A DNA stretch of 64,000 nucleotides, from positions 1-64,000 of the forward strand of contig JBJOKS010000004.1 of NCBI GenBank assembly GCA_046045965.1. Reading direction: 5' to 3'. This DNA is from Cyanobacteriota bacterium (GTDB lineage Bacteria > Cyanobacteriota > Cyanobacteriia > Cyanobacteriales > Nostocaceae). Both the position numbers and the translations under genes were made by a program. The first letter of the stretch is position 1. Every line of letters starts with the position of its first letter. A model generated the notes under the pieces. It did no database searches. It saw only the letters and a program-made list of their open reading frames with translations, and had not been told where the DNA came from. Of the stretch, positions 18,624-29,729 are shown piece by piece.

Positions 18624-20057
18624 ATGCTTAATATACATTTGTGGAAAATTTTAACCCATTCAACCACGGCTGTAGTTTTATTAACAAGTGTCAATATTGC
18701 TTTACCATCTGTCAGCCTAGCGCAACAACGAAAAGTATCACCAAGCTCAACCATATCTACAGATTACTTATTAGGAGGCGGTGATCGGATACGTGTCAAT
18801 GTATTTGAAGTACCCGAATACACAGGGGAATACCAAGTTCCCCCCGGTGGTGCGATTAATTTGCCTTTAATTGGCAGTATATCCGTTCTTGGATTAACAA
18901 CCGAACAAGCATCTGACGAAATAGCCAGAAGATATGCTCGCTTTCTGAAACGTCCCCTAATTTCAGTTAATTTATTATCACCTCGTCCCATCAACGTTTT
19001 TGTAGCTGGGGAAGTAACACGACCAGGGTCTTACACTCTTAACTTACAGGGAAGTGGGGGAGATAGTCCTGGTGTACAATATCCAACAGTCCTAGCTGCA
19101 CTCACCACAGCCCAAGGGGTAACACTAGCAGCAGATGTAACTAATGTACAATTACGTCGTAAGATAGGACGTTCTGGTGAACAAGTTATCAGTCTTAACT
19201 TAAAGGAAATCACCCAAACAGGCAGAATACCCCAAGATATTACCTTACGGGATGGAGACACCATAGTTGTACCCACCGGCACAAATTTCAACGTTGCTGA
19301 AGCCCGCAATTTATTTGCAGCTAACTATGCTGCTAGTCAAACAGCACCCCGCACAGTAGCCATTACCGGTCAAGTTCATCGTCCTGGTTCTTATCTGGTG
19401 TCACCAGGTGGTGGTGGTGGGAATGATGGTGGAGCGCCAGGAACTGGTTTACCAACTGTCATGCGAGCAATTCAACTAGCTGGGGGAATTACATCACAAG
19501 CCGATGTTCGCAGCATTAGAATTCGCCGTCCTACCAGAATTGGCTCAGAACAAAGTTTAAATATTAATCTCTGGGAATTATTGCAGAGTGGGGATCTCAA
19601 TCAAGATGTGGTATTGCAAGATGGAGATACAATTGTTGTTCCCACCGCCACAGAGATTAACACAGCAGAAGTTACACAATTAGCCACTACTACTTTGTCA
19701 CCTGCAAGAATTCAGGTAGGGGTAGTAGGAGAAGTTAAAAGACCGGGATTAACAGATTTACAACCTAATAGCTCTTTAAATCAGGCATTGTTAGCGGCTG
19801 GTGGCTTTAATGATGCTAGAGCTAGTAGCGGTGCTGTAGATTTGATTCGCCTCAATCCCAATGGTACTGTTACTAAGCGGGTAGTAAAAATAGATTTCTC
19901 CAAGGGAATTAATGAGGAAACCAATCCTATACTACGCAACAATGATGTAGTCGTAGTTCAACGTTCTGGTATTGCTAAGACTAGCGATACAGTTGGTACT
20001 GTATCTGGTCCTTTAGGCACTATCTTGGGTATTGTCAGATTGTTTTTTGGATTCTAG
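18624..20057 (+). CDS. Polysaccharide export protein (Wza/OPX family, SLBB repeats)
   Basis: Signal peptide, DYLLGGGDRIRV, GEVTRPG and repeated L.DGDTIVVP motifs. Confidence 0.88.
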   Translation: MLNIHLWKILTHSTTAVVLLTSVNIALPSVSLAQQRKVSPSSTISTDYLLGGGDRIRVNVFEVPEYTGEYQVPPGGAINLPLIGSISVLGLTTEQASDEIARRYARFLKRPLISVNLLSPRPINVFVAGEVTRPGSYTLNLQGSGGDSPGVQYPTVLAALTTAQGVTLAADVTNVQLRRKIGRSGEQVISLNLKEITQTGRIPQDITLRDGDTIVVPTGTNFNVAEARNLFAANYAASQTAPRTVAITGQVHRPGSYLVSPGGGGGNDGGAPGTGLPTVMRAIQLAGGITSQADVRSIRIRRPTRIGSEQSLNINLWELLQSGDLNQDVVLQDGDTIVVPTATEINTAEVTQLATTTLSPARIQVGVVGEVKRPGLTDLQPNSSLNQALLAAGGFNDARASSGAVDLIRLNPNGTVTKRVVKIDFSKGINEETNPILRNNDVVVVQRSGIAKTSDTVGTVSGPLGTILGIVRLFFGF

Positions 20058-20112
20058 TTTACTGTTCACGCTTGAAGTCTTTTCTATTTTCCCAAAACAG
20101 AATAATGTATTT

Positions 20113-20175
20113 AAGCCTGCTAATGCAGGCTTGACTTTTTCAGAGATCAAAAAACTCTTGCTGTAAAGCAAGAGT
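20113..20175. terminator. Two hairpins between convergent wza-like gene and psbC
   Basis: AAGCCTGC-TAAT-GCAGGCTT and ACTCTTGC-TGTAAA-GCAAGAGT. Confidence 0.65.
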
Positions 20176-20228
20176 CAAGAGTAAGAAGATTAATTGACTG
20201 TCAGTGATCAAAGAAATCTTAAAATCAC

Positions 20229-21614
20229 TTAGTCGAGATCGTTCATGAACATAACTGGTTCGTTCTCACGGTCGATACCTTTCTCAAAACCACCAGCAGC
20301 AGCACGAGCCCGTCCTGCGTGCCACAAGTGACCAATGAGGAAGAAGAAACCTAACACGAAGTGAGAAGTAGCCAACCATGCACGGGGAGATACATAGTTG
20401 AAGGAGTTGATTTCGGTAGCCACACCACCTACAGAGTTCAAAGAACCCAGAGGAGCGTGAGTCATGTATTCAGCAGCGCGGCGAGCTTGCCAAGGCTGAA
20501 TATCGTTCTTGATTTTTTCCAAGTCAAGACCGTTAGGACCGCGGAGAGGCTCTAACCAAGGGCCACGGAAATCCCAGAAGCGCATGGTTTCACCACCGAA
20601 GATGATTTCACCGGTAGGAGAACGCATCAAGTATTTACCAAGACCAGTCGGACCTTGAGCAGAACCAACGTTAGCACCTAAGCGTTGGTCACGAATCAAG
20701 AAGGTTAAAGCTTGTGCTTGAGAAGCTTCAGGGCCAGTAGGACCAAAGAATTCACTGGGGTAAACAGTGTTGTTGTACCAAACCATGATGGAAGCAATGA
20801 AGCCCATCAAGGAAAGAGCGCCCAAGCTATAGGACAGGTAAGCTTCACCAGACCAGATGAAAGCACGACGCGCCCAAGCAAAAGGCTTGGTAAAGATGTG
20901 CCAAATACCACCAGAGATACAAATTAAAGCAATCCAGATGTGACCGCCAATAACATCTTCCATGTTATCAACGCTGACAATCCAGCCTTCGCCACCGAAG
21001 GGAGCTTTAATTAAATAACCAAAGATGATGGCTGGGTTGAGGGTGGGGTTAGTAATCACACGCACATCACCACCACCAGGAGACCAGGTGTCATAAACAC
21101 CACCGAAGAACATAGCCTTCAGCACCAGCAGCAACGCACCACATCCCAGGATGATTAGGTGGAAGCCGATGATGTTGGTCATCTTGTTCTTGTCTTTCCA
21201 GTCGTAACCAAAGAAAGAGGAATACTCTTCTAAGGTTTCTGGACCACGAACGGCATGATAGATACCGCCAAAACCGAGAACAGCGGAAGAAATGAGGTGC
21301 AGTACACCAGCTACAAAGTAGGGGAAGGTGTCGATAACTTCACCACCTGCACCAACGCCCCAACCTAATGTGGCGATGTGAGGGAGAAGAATCAACCCCT
21401 GTTCATACATGGGCTTTTCTGGGATAAAGTGAGCAACTTCAAATAAAGTCATTGCTCCAGCCCAGAAGACGATTAAACCAGCATGGGCAACGTGAGCGCC
21501 AAGTAGTTTACCAGACAGGTTAATTAAACGAGCGTTTCCAGACCACCAAGCAAAACCGCTTGATTCTTGATCGCGTCCGCCGCTTATAACTGATCTATTA
21601 GAGAGCGTTACCAC
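20229..21614 (-). CDS. psbC: Photosystem II CP43 protein
   Basis: [11 protein letters not shown]...; canonical GTG start at 21614 overlapping the psbD end by 17 nt. Confidence 0.99.
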   Translation of the reverse strand: MVTLSNRSVISGGRDQESSGFAWWSGNARLINLSGKLLGAHVAHAGLIVFWAGAMTLFEVAHFIPEKPMYEQGLILLPHIATLGWGVGAGGEVIDTFPYFVAGVLHLISSAVLGFGGIYHAVRGPETLEEYSSFFGYDWKDKNKMTNIIGFHLIILGCGALLLVLKAMFFGGVYDTWSPGGGDVRVITNPTLNPAIIFGYLIKAPFGGEGWIVSVDNMEDVIGGHIWIALICISGGIWHIFTKPFAWARRAFIWSGEAYLSYSLGALSLMGFIASIMVWYNNTVYPSEFFGPTGPEASQAQALTFLIRDQRLGANVGSAQGPTGLGKYLMRSPTGEIIFGGETMRFWDFRGPWLEPLRGPNGLDLEKIKNDIQPWQARRAAEYMTHAPLGSLNSVGGVATEINSFNYVSPRAWLATSHFVLGFFFLIGHLWHAGRARAAAGGFEKGIDRENEPVMFMNDLD

Positions 21615-22653
21615 GTGGTAGTACCTCCTCTGGGAATACGAACTGTTCGTGGGGTTGGTCTTGAGGAGCCATCCAAGCGCGGATACCCTCATTTAACAAA
21701 ATGTTTTTGGTATAGAAAGTTTCAAACTCTGGGTCTTCTGCTGCCCGTAATTCTTGGGAAACGAAGTCATAAGCCCGCAGGTTTAAAGCTAAACCGACAA
21801 TTCCGACTGCGCTCATCCACAAGCCTGTGACGGGGACGAACAACATGAAGAAGTGTAACCAACGTTTGTTAGAGAAAGCAATCCCGAAAATCTGTGACCA
21901 GAAACGGTTTGCTGTCACCATGGAGTAGGTTTCTTCAGCTTGGGTAGGATTGAATGCGGGGAATGTATTAGAACCTTCGCCGTCTTCAAATAGGGTGTTT
22001 TCTACTGTTGCACCGTGAATAGCACAAAGTAAAGCACCACCTAAGATACCCGCTACTCCCATCATGTGGAAGGGGTTCAGTGTCCAGTTGTGGAAACCTT
22101 GCAGGAACAACAGGAAACGGAAGATTGCGGCTACTCCGAAACTGGGTGCAAAGAACCAGCTAGATTGTCCCAAAGGATACATCAAGAAGACGCTGACGAA
22201 TACGGCGATGGGACCGGAAAATGCTAGAGCGTTGTAAGGACGAATGCCTACGAGTCTAGCAATTTCAAATTGACGTAACATGAAGCCAATTAGACCGAAA
22301 GCTCCGTGTAAAGCAACAAATGGCCATAGACCACCTAGTTGAAACCAACGGGTTAAGTTGCCTTGAGCTTCTGGTCCCCAGAGCAACAATAGGGAATGTC
22401 CCATGCTGTCTGCGGGTGTGGATACTGCCACTGTGAGGAAGTTAGCGCCTTCTAAATAGGAGGATGCTAAACCGTGGGTGTACCAGGAGGTGACAAAGGT
22501 TGTACCGGTGAGCCAACCGCCTAGTGCGAGGAAGGCACAGGGGAATAATAATATTCCTGACCAACCTACGAATACGAAGCGATCGCGCTTCAACCAGTCG
22601 TCTAGTACGTCAAACCACCCTCTTGAGGGGGCGCGTCCAACTGCGATGGTCAT
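21598..22653 (-). CDS. psbD: Photosystem II D2 protein
   Basis: [26 protein letters not shown]...[10 protein letters not shown]. Confidence 0.99.
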   Translation of the reverse strand: MTIAVGRAPSRGWFDVLDDWLKRDRFVFVGWSGILLFPCAFLALGGWLTGTTFVTSWYTHGLASSYLEGANFLTVAVSTPADSMGHSLLLLWGPEAQGNLTRWFQLGGLWPFVALHGAFGLIGFMLRQFEIARLVGIRPYNALAFSGPIAVFVSVFLMYPLGQSSWFFAPSFGVAAIFRFLLFLQGFHNWTLNPFHMMGVAGILGGALLCAIHGATVENTLFEDGEGSNTFPAFNPTQAEETYSMVTANRFWSQIFGIAFSNKRWLHFFMLFVPVTGLWMSAVGIVGLALNLRAYDFVSQELRAAEDPEFETFYTKNILLNEGIRAWMAPQDQPHEQFVFPEEVLPRGNAL

Positions 22654-23260
22654 TGAACTAAAATCCTCTTTTTTACTAAAATTGCGACGTTTTTAAGGCA
22701 GGATGCTTTTGGAGGTTGTTTCCTGAGCGACTGCCGCGAGGAATTCAACGTTTTTTTGACACTCTTTAACTACCTGTAGGTAGCTAAGATGCTGAGAATT
22801 GATTGCCTAACTAATTAGGCTTTTCTCAGAATTATGCCATTACGCTTACCACTCCCCGGTAATCCAGCTTGTGGTAACTTAATGATTCTTAACTTATCAC
22901 ATTCGTCAGGGTTTGCGCTGGAGATACGCAAATTAATTGGATCTTGAGGAGGTTAAATATTATGGATATCAGAATTTTAACAAAATGACACACCTTTTCT
23001 CATAAATCTTATAACTTGGAATGAGGAGTTATAGGAGTCAGGAGTATGGCTGGCGCCAGAAGAATTTTTCACCCCTGCACCCTCACAAATTCAGGAGTAT
23101 GGGTAACGGAAATTAACCTTCCACAATATTTGATAAAATTATCAGCGACTTGAGAAAATATATTTTGATGGTTTGGGTGAGGTTAAACTCTAGATCCATA
23201 CCTGTCTCATTACCCATTCCCCTGTTCACAAAGAGTATCTAACGGTCTAAGGTAGTTCAA

Positions 23261-23830
23261 ATGACGGCATCAACAACGATTAATAAAAGCGATGGTCTCC
23301 TGCATCAAAACGTTCTCGGTTCTCGTCGGTTGAGTAACTACTGGTGGGCAACTATTGTTAGTTTAGGAGCATCTGGCTTTTTGTTGGCTGGCATTTCCAG
23401 CTATCTCAAAGTCAATTTACTCATTGTCACCGATCCCACTCAATTGGTATTTGTCCCTCAAGGATTGGTGATGGGATTATATGGCATAGCTGGTGTACTG
23501 TTAGCCTTATACTTGTGGCTAGTTATTTTATGGGATGTAGGCGGCGGTTACAACGAATTTAATCAGGAAACTGGTAAATTCAAAATTTTCCGCTGGGGGT
23601 TTCCTGGTAAAAACCGCCAAATTGAAATTGAAAATCGCATCCAAGACGTACAATCTGTACGCATCTCAATTAAGGAAGGTCTAAATCCTCAACGCGCACT
23701 TTATCTCAAGGTGAAGGGAAGAAGAGATATTCCTCTGACAAGGGTAGGTCAACCCTTATCTTTGGCTGAGTTAGAAACTCAAGGCGCTCAGTTAGCACGC
23801 TTTTTAGGTGTACCCTTAGAAGGACTGTAA
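23261..23830 (+). CDS. ycf4: Photosystem I assembly protein Ycf4
   Basis: GSRRLSNYWWA, FVPQGLVM, FRWGFPGKNR, LARFLGVPLEG. Confidence 0.97.
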   Translation: MTASTTINKSDGLLHQNVLGSRRLSNYWWATIVSLGASGFLLAGISSYLKVNLLIVTDPTQLVFVPQGLVMGLYGIAGVLLALYLWLVILWDVGGGYNEFNQETGKFKIFRWGFPGKNRQIEIENRIQDVQSVRISIKEGLNPQRALYLKVKGRRDIPLTRVGQPLSLAELETQGAQLARFLGVPLEGL

Positions 23831-23999
23831 GAATTTTGGATTTTGGATTGTTTTTGTTAACTCCAATCTAAAATCTAAAATCTAAAATCTAAAATTTTCT
23901 TCCCCCAGTCCCCAGTAAAGAGTCCCCAGTCCCTAATCATCAGTGCCTAATCTAAAATCCAAAATTGCTAAGATACTGTGGTTGAGTCAGTAACTGTCA

Positions 24000-24764
24000 A
24001 TGCGGTTAAAATTTTCACAATTTTTAGTGCTTGTGTTGATGATTGGTAGTTTGACGTTGGCAGGATGTTCGGCAGAGCAAGTTGCTTCTAGTACATCTCC
24101 ATCTGCGACAGATGCTTCAAAGCCAACCCAGACAAGTTCCAAGTCCACTGCACAAGCAAAAACCCCATCAAAAAATAATAGTGAGAGTGTTCCAGGAATG
24201 AATAATTTACCACGGCTCGAAGGTAAAGCGACTGTAGTCATGACAGTTAACGGCGCACCAATTACCATCGAAGTCGATGGTGAGAATGCTCCCATAACTG
24301 CGGGAAATTTTGTTGATTTAGTTCAAAAGGGTGTTTACAACGGTTTAGTATTCCATCGGGTTGTACGTGAACCTCAGCCGTTTGTAGTACAAGGTGGTGA
24401 TCCTAAAGGAGATGGAACTGGTGGCTATATAGACCCAAATTCAAAACCAAAAACTGAACGCCGTATACCATTAGAAATTAAGCCTGAAGGTGCAGATGAA
24501 CCAGTTTACGGTAAAACAATTACTAAAAAACCTGTTTTGACTCACAAGCTTGGTGCAGTAGCAATGGCAAGATCCCAAATGCCTAATTCTGCTTCTTCTC
24601 AGTTTTATTTTACTCTAGCGGATCAGGGATTTTTGGATGGTAACTACGCCGTTTTCGGTTATGTTACCGATGGCTTTGATGTGGTTAACAAAATTCAGCA
24701 GGGCGATCTCATTGCTTCTGCTAAAGTCATTAAAGGTGCTGAAAACTTGAAAAATCCCCAGTAG
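24000..24764 (+). CDS. Cyclophilin-type peptidyl-prolyl isomerase (lipoprotein)
   Basis: LAGC lipobox; [18 protein letters not shown] and LDGNYAVFG motifs. Confidence 0.93.
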   Translation: MRLKFSQFLVLVLMIGSLTLAGCSAEQVASSTSPSATDASKPTQTSSKSTAQAKTPSKNNSESVPGMNNLPRLEGKATVVMTVNGAPITIEVDGENAPITAGNFVDLVQKGVYNGLVFHRVVREPQPFVVQGGDPKGDGTGGYIDPNSKPKTERRIPLEIKPEGADEPVYGKTITKKPVLTHKLGAVAMARSQMPNSASSQFYFTLADQGFLDGNYAVFGYVTDGFDVVNKIQQGDLIASAKVIKGAENLKNPQ

Positions 24765-24894
24765 TTAGTTAACAGAGGCAACAGGGGACAGGGAACAGGA
24801 GACAGGGAAGAGGTAATATTTATTCTGACTCCTGAACGGCAGTTGCTCCACTTGGGGTTTCCCCAAGACCGCACTGCCTCCTCCTGACTCCTCA

Positions 24895-24943
24895 TCTAAA
24901 ATCTAAAATCTAAAATCTAAAATCTAAAATCTAAAATCTAAAA
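24895..24943. repeat. STRR heptamer array (TCTAAAA)7
   Basis: Seven tandem units ending just before the fabF-like start; similar array at 23867-23894. Confidence 0.9.
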
Positions 24944-26122
24944 TTGATTAGGGTTGTTGTCACTGGTATTGGTTTAGTTTCTGCTCTAGGTAACAGTTTA
25001 GAAGATAGCTGGCAAAATTTACTAGCTCGGAAAACGGCAATTAAATTACATCAACTATTTCCAGAGCTAGGAATAATTCCTCTGGGTTTAATTGGTCAAC
25101 AACCTTCTGATTTAAGTACCCTGACTCAAAGGGTTGTTATTGATGCTTTACAAGATGCTGAATTAGTAACGCCTTTACCTGATTGTGCGGTAGTCATTGG
25201 TTCTAGTCGCAGCTATCAAGCATCTTGGGAAAAGTTTGCAAGACAGATGTATATTAATGATACTAACCCTGAATTATTAAATCTAGAAAATTTAGAACCT
25301 TGGTTGGATACTTTACCACAGATGAATGCGATCGCTGTCGCTAGACAAATCGGGTCTTGTGGTACAGTTTTAGCACCAATGGCCGCTTGTGCTACGGGAA
25401 TTTGGGCAATTTCCCAAGCTACAATGTTAATTCAAACTGGTCAATGTCAACGAGCGATCGCTGGTGCTGTGGAAGCACCTATTACCCCCCTGACCATCTG
25501 TGGATTTCAGCAAATGGGAGCTTTAGCAAAAACAGGCGCTTATCCTTTTGATTTAAACCGAGAAGGTTTAGTATTAGGTGAAGGTGGTGCGGTATTTGTT
25601 CTCGAATCTGCGGAGTTGGTAAAACAGCGTCAAGTCAAGCCAGAAAATATTTATGGAGAAATTCTTGGTTTTGGGTTGACAGCAGATGCGTTTCATGGTA
25701 ATAAACCAGAGACACAAGGAAAAAGTGCGATCGCTGCTATCAAGCAATGTTTAGAACGCAGTTTTTTAACACCCGCAGATATAGACTACATTCATGCTCA
25801 TGGTACGGCTACCCTCCTCAATGACCGTATAGAAAGCAAAATAATACAGTATTTATTTCCCCCAATAGTAGCAATTAGTTCTACCAAAGGTGCTACAGGG
25901 CATACACTAGGAGCATCAGGAGCTTTAGGTGTAGCATTTTGCCTTATGGCTTTAAAGCATAAAATATTACCTCCTTGTGTGGGATTGCAACAACCAGAAT
26001 TAGATTTAAGTTTTGTAACAGCAGCAAGAGAAAGTGAAATACAGCGAGTGCTGTGTTTTAGTTTTGGTTTTGGTGGACAAAATACAGCGATCGCTTTAGG
26101 TAGTAACAATTTGATATATTGA
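24944..26122 (+). CDS. Beta-ketoacyl-ACP synthase (FabF-like paralog)
   Basis: RVVVTGIG, AACATG, HAHGTAT, STKGATGHTLGA and SFGFGG motifs; TTG start. Confidence 0.88.
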   Translation: MIRVVVTGIGLVSALGNSLEDSWQNLLARKTAIKLHQLFPELGIIPLGLIGQQPSDLSTLTQRVVIDALQDAELVTPLPDCAVVIGSSRSYQASWEKFARQMYINDTNPELLNLENLEPWLDTLPQMNAIAVARQIGSCGTVLAPMAACATGIWAISQATMLIQTGQCQRAIAGAVEAPITPLTICGFQQMGALAKTGAYPFDLNREGLVLGEGGAVFVLESAELVKQRQVKPENIYGEILGFGLTADAFHGNKPETQGKSAIAAIKQCLERSFLTPADIDYIHAHGTATLLNDRIESKIIQYLFPPIVAISSTKGATGHTLGASGALGVAFCLMALKHKILPPCVGLQQPELDLSFVTAARESEIQRVLCFSFGFGGQNTAIALGSNNLIY

Positions 26123-26436
26123 TATAAGTGATAAATTTGAAACTATGAGAGAGTAATTAACTAGTTATTGTGAGCTTTTTTGTATCGGAACACGGTTGAT
26201 AAATATCACGTCTTTTAAGTTTTACATCGTGTGTAAAAAATTATCAAATTATTCAGGCTAGTGAGTAAAGCTTTATTTAAGCCTTGTATCACATACTATT
26301 GAGTCATTCCAGCCATCGTAGTCAGGGGATGCACAACTATCTAACCAGACTACATCTCTAGACCTAGAGTAAATTCACAAAACCTAGTTTTAAAGTATTG
26401 AGAGTATAAAAGAATTAATCCAGGGGATATTTAACC

Positions 26437-27252
26437 ATGAAAATGCTCCAGACATATCTATACTTTCTTGTATTTTCTTTAACTTTATACCCTGTTGCTC
26501 CCTCCGTACTAGCTCAGTCATACCCAACAAAAAAAACTTGGCAAACAAGTCAAAAATTGAAGCCTCTAGTAGATAATCAATCTAATCCTCTAGCTATAGG
26601 TGCTGGAATCCGATTTAAACCACCAATAGATGATAACCCCAACCCTCCAACATCTGGTGCTGCAACCCGTGGGTCTTCATGTCTGGAAAAACAGGTAATG
26701 ACTCCCCTGCTCCCTACCAATAAATCAGGACTGACCTTCAAGAAGTATCCCACATTTACTTGGCATATACCTCCGACTTCGGTCAAAAATGCTGAATTTG
26801 TGATTATCACTGATGGAAACCAGAAAGATGGAGAGGAGAAAGTATTTTATCAAACAACTTTGACCCTTCCCGAAAAACCAGGAATTGTCAGCTTTACTTT
26901 ACCTAAAACTGTAGCTCCGCTAGAAGTCAATACTACTTATCGTTGGTATCTAACTCTGATTTGCGATGCTGAAGACTATAGCAGCAATCCTAATATAGAG
27001 GGTTTGGTCAAACGCATCCCAGCACAATTACCCTTATTAGAGTCTTTAGCAAAGCCAAACTTACTCCAGATAGCAACTAGCTATGCACAAGCTGGAATTT
27101 GGTATGATGCACTGGATTTGTTGGTTAAATTACGTTGCAATCAGCCCCATAACCCAATATTAAAGCTAAATTGGAGACAATTTTTAGACTCTGTGGAATT
27201 AAATAATATTGCATCTGAGCCATTAGTCAATTCTTGCAAAATCAAGAATTAA
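26437..27252 (+). CDS. DUF928 domain secreted protein
   Basis: Signal peptide, GAATRG, YPTFTWHIP, YRWYLTLIC, YAQAGIWYDAL. Confidence 0.85.
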   Translation: MKMLQTYLYFLVFSLTLYPVAPSVLAQSYPTKKTWQTSQKLKPLVDNQSNPLAIGAGIRFKPPIDDNPNPPTSGAATRGSSCLEKQVMTPLLPTNKSGLTFKKYPTFTWHIPPTSVKNAEFVIITDGNQKDGEEKVFYQTTLTLPEKPGIVSFTLPKTVAPLEVNTTYRWYLTLICDAEDYSSNPNIEGLVKRIPAQLPLLESLAKPNLLQIATSYAQAGIWYDALDLLVKLRCNQPHNPILKLNWRQFLDSVELNNIASEPLVNSCKIKN

Positions 27253-27264
27253 TAATTTTTTTGT

Positions 27265-29478
27265 ATGTGGGAAAAACTGAAAAGGCGAATATGGGAATGG
27301 CGTGGTGTTATTATTGCTGTTCCCAATGTGACATTAATTGTTATAGCAATCCGTTTAACTGGACTGCTTCAGTCTCTAGAATTAATAGCATTAGATCAAT
27401 TGTTTATTTTACGTCCACAAGAAACAATTGATCATCGTATAATTATAGTTGAAATTAATGAGCAGGATATCACTAATCAGAAAAGTTGGCCAATTTCTGA
27501 CTTAGCATTAACCAAATTATTGCATAAAATTAAACAGCAAAATCCCAGAGCTATCGGCTTAGATATTTATCGTAACTTACCAGTAAATCCTGGACATGAA
27601 GACCTAGCTAATTTATTTGAATCTACACCTAATTTGATAGGTATTGAAAAGTTATTGGAAAGTACAGATAGTTCCTTAGTCCAGCCATCACCTATTTTGA
27701 AAAGACTTCAACAAGTGGGAGGAAATGACCTACCTATTGATGATGACGGGAAAATTCGCCGGGGATTTTTGTATTTTTATTTAAGTAAAAAAGATTATAG
27801 AGAAAGCCTCAGCCTTAAATTAGCACTGTTATATTTAAAAGCTGAAGGAATAACTGAACAAGCAGCAATTACTAATCCCAAATACTTACAACTAGGACGG
27901 GGAATTTTCTCCAGGTTTGATGCTAATTATGGTGGCTACATTAGGGAAAATGACGGCAGTTATCAAATACTATTAAACTATCGAGGGAACAAACAGAAAT
28001 TTCCTACTGTTTCCCTGACAGATGTTTTAGAAAATCGTGTCAAACCAGATTTAATGCTAGGAAAAATAGTTTTAATTGGTTCCACTGCCGAGAGTTTAAG
28101 AGATATATTTTTTACACCTTATAGTAGTAACTTATTTGAGCCATCAAAAAGAATGACAGGTGTAAATATTCATGCAAATTTAACTAGTCAAATATTGAGT
28201 TCAGCTATAGATGACCGTCCGCAAATTCAGTCTTGGTCTGAATCTCAAGAATGGCTATGGATTTTACTTTGGTCTACTATTGGCGCTATATTATGCTGGC
28301 AACAACGTCACAATATATATCTAATTAGTGTCAGTGTTTTGATCGCTAGTATTGCTTTGATTTACTGTTGTTTTTTAGCATTTCTGTATGGTTGGTGGAT
28401 TCCTTTAGTACCACCAATATTGGCCTTAGCAGGATCAACAATTACTATTATTCAATATATTGCCCACAGTGCCAATAATATGCAGAAAACCTTTGGACGT
28501 TATCTCACAGATGAAGTTGTCACTAATTTAATAGATACACCTTCTGGTTTAAAACTAGGAGGAGAACGGAGAAAAGTCACTATTTTAGTTTCTGATGTCC
28601 GGGGATTTTCTGCGATTTCTGAAGAATATCCACCAGAACAGGTAGTAGAAATTCTCAATCTTTATTTAGAAGTTATGACTGATGTGATTAATCAGCATAA
28701 AGGTACAATTAATGATTTTATGGGTGATGGAATTTTGGTAATGTTTGGTGCGCCTATTAGTCGTGAAGATGATTCTCAACGAGCAATTGCTTGTGCTGTG
28801 TCCATGCAATTAGCAATGGAAAAGGTAAATAAAAAAAATCAGCAAATGAATTTACCAATTTTAGAAATGGGAATTGGGATCAATACAGGAGAAGTTGTAG
28901 CCGGAAATATTGGTTCTCAAAAACGGGCTGAATATACAGTTATTGGCAGTCATGTAAATTTAGCTGCTCGCATTGAGTCCTATTCTGTAGGAGGACAGAT
29001 TTTAATTTCTGAGCATACTTGGCAAGATGCCAATATTGATTTGAGAATTGATAGCCAATTTCCAGTAGAACCAAAAGGAATTAAACATCCCATCAATATT
29101 TATGAAATTGGTGGTATCGGTGGAAAATATAATTTATATTTACCCAAGGTCGATGAGGATATAGAGATTATGAGTGAGGAATTACCTATTGAATTTATTG
29201 TTTTACACGGTAAACACGCAGATGGAAAACTCTTACCTGGTGCATTAGTCGGATTGTCAGAAAATGGCGCACAATTGCGTTATAAATATGATTTGGAAAT
29301 AAAAACTAATATCAAACTCAAATTATTAACAGAAACATCTCTGGTTACAGAAGCACCAGATATATATGCCAAGGTTATTAAAAAATTTGATGTGACGGAA
29401 AATATTTTTTTGATTCGGTTTACAGGAATTCCTCCCAAGGGACTCCAACGATTGAGGAAAGTAAGAGACAAGATTTAG
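27265..29478 (+). CDS. CHASE2-sensor class III nucleotidyl cyclase with C-terminal PilZ-like region
   Basis: IIIVEINEQDI/WPISD/AIGLDIYR CHASE2 motifs, TM helices, SDVRGFS, FMGDG, VNLAARIE. Confidence 0.9.
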   Translation: MWEKLKRRIWEWRGVIIAVPNVTLIVIAIRLTGLLQSLELIALDQLFILRPQETIDHRIIIVEINEQDITNQKSWPISDLALTKLLHKIKQQNPRAIGLDIYRNLPVNPGHEDLANLFESTPNLIGIEKLLESTDSSLVQPSPILKRLQQVGGNDLPIDDDGKIRRGFLYFYLSKKDYRESLSLKLALLYLKAEGITEQAAITNPKYLQLGRGIFSRFDANYGGYIRENDGSYQILLNYRGNKQKFPTVSLTDVLENRVKPDLMLGKIVLIGSTAESLRDIFFTPYSSNLFEPSKRMTGVNIHANLTSQILSSAIDDRPQIQSWSESQEWLWILLWSTIGAILCWQQRHNIYLISVSVLIASIALIYCCFLAFLYGWWIPLVPPILALAGSTITIIQYIAHSANNMQKTFGRYLTDEVVTNLIDTPSGLKLGGERRKVTILVSDVRGFSAISEEYPPEQVVEILNLYLEVMTDVINQHKGTINDFMGDGILVMFGAPISREDDSQRAIACAVSMQLAMEKVNKKNQQMNLPILEMGIGINTGEVVAGNIGSQKRAEYTVIGSHVNLAARIESYSVGGQILISEHTWQDANIDLRIDSQFPVEPKGIKHPINIYEIGGIGGKYNLYLPKVDEDIEIMSEELPIEFIVLHGKHADGKLLPGALVGLSENGAQLRYKYDLEIKTNIKLKLLTETSLVTEAPDIYAKVIKKFDVTENIFLIRFTGIPPKGLQRLRKVRDKI

Positions 29479-29487
29479 ATTAATATA

Positions 29488-29596
29488 TAGCAATCCTATT
29501 TGATTTATGAACGGCGTTTTTAAAACGAACCGCTCCAGACGCAGAGAGCGCAGAGGTAGAGAAAAAGAGGTGTTCATATCTTATTTAGGATTGCTA
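29488..29596. mobile_element. MITE (109 bp) with TAGCAATCCTA inverted ends and TA flanks
   Basis: TA|TAGCAATCCTA...TAGGATTGCTA|TA; near-identical inverted copy at 47700-47799. Confidence 0.85.
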
Positions 29597-29729
29597 TATA
29601 GCAATCCTATTAGAATTGAGAACTTATTTGTGAGGTAATTACTGAATTTTTTTAAATTGAGAATAATTGCTCAGAGTTTCCTCAATATCTTGTAAAATCG
29701 GTTGGCAGCTAATTCTGAGGTAAAAAGCT

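Noticed and set aside
21615..21692. N-terminal extension of PsbC in the ORF track
   Set aside because: Lies inside psbD; the canonical GTG start is at 21614.
24944..26122. FabF-like gene as part of a polyketide cluster
   Set aside because: No ACP, chain-length factor or tailoring genes adjacent.
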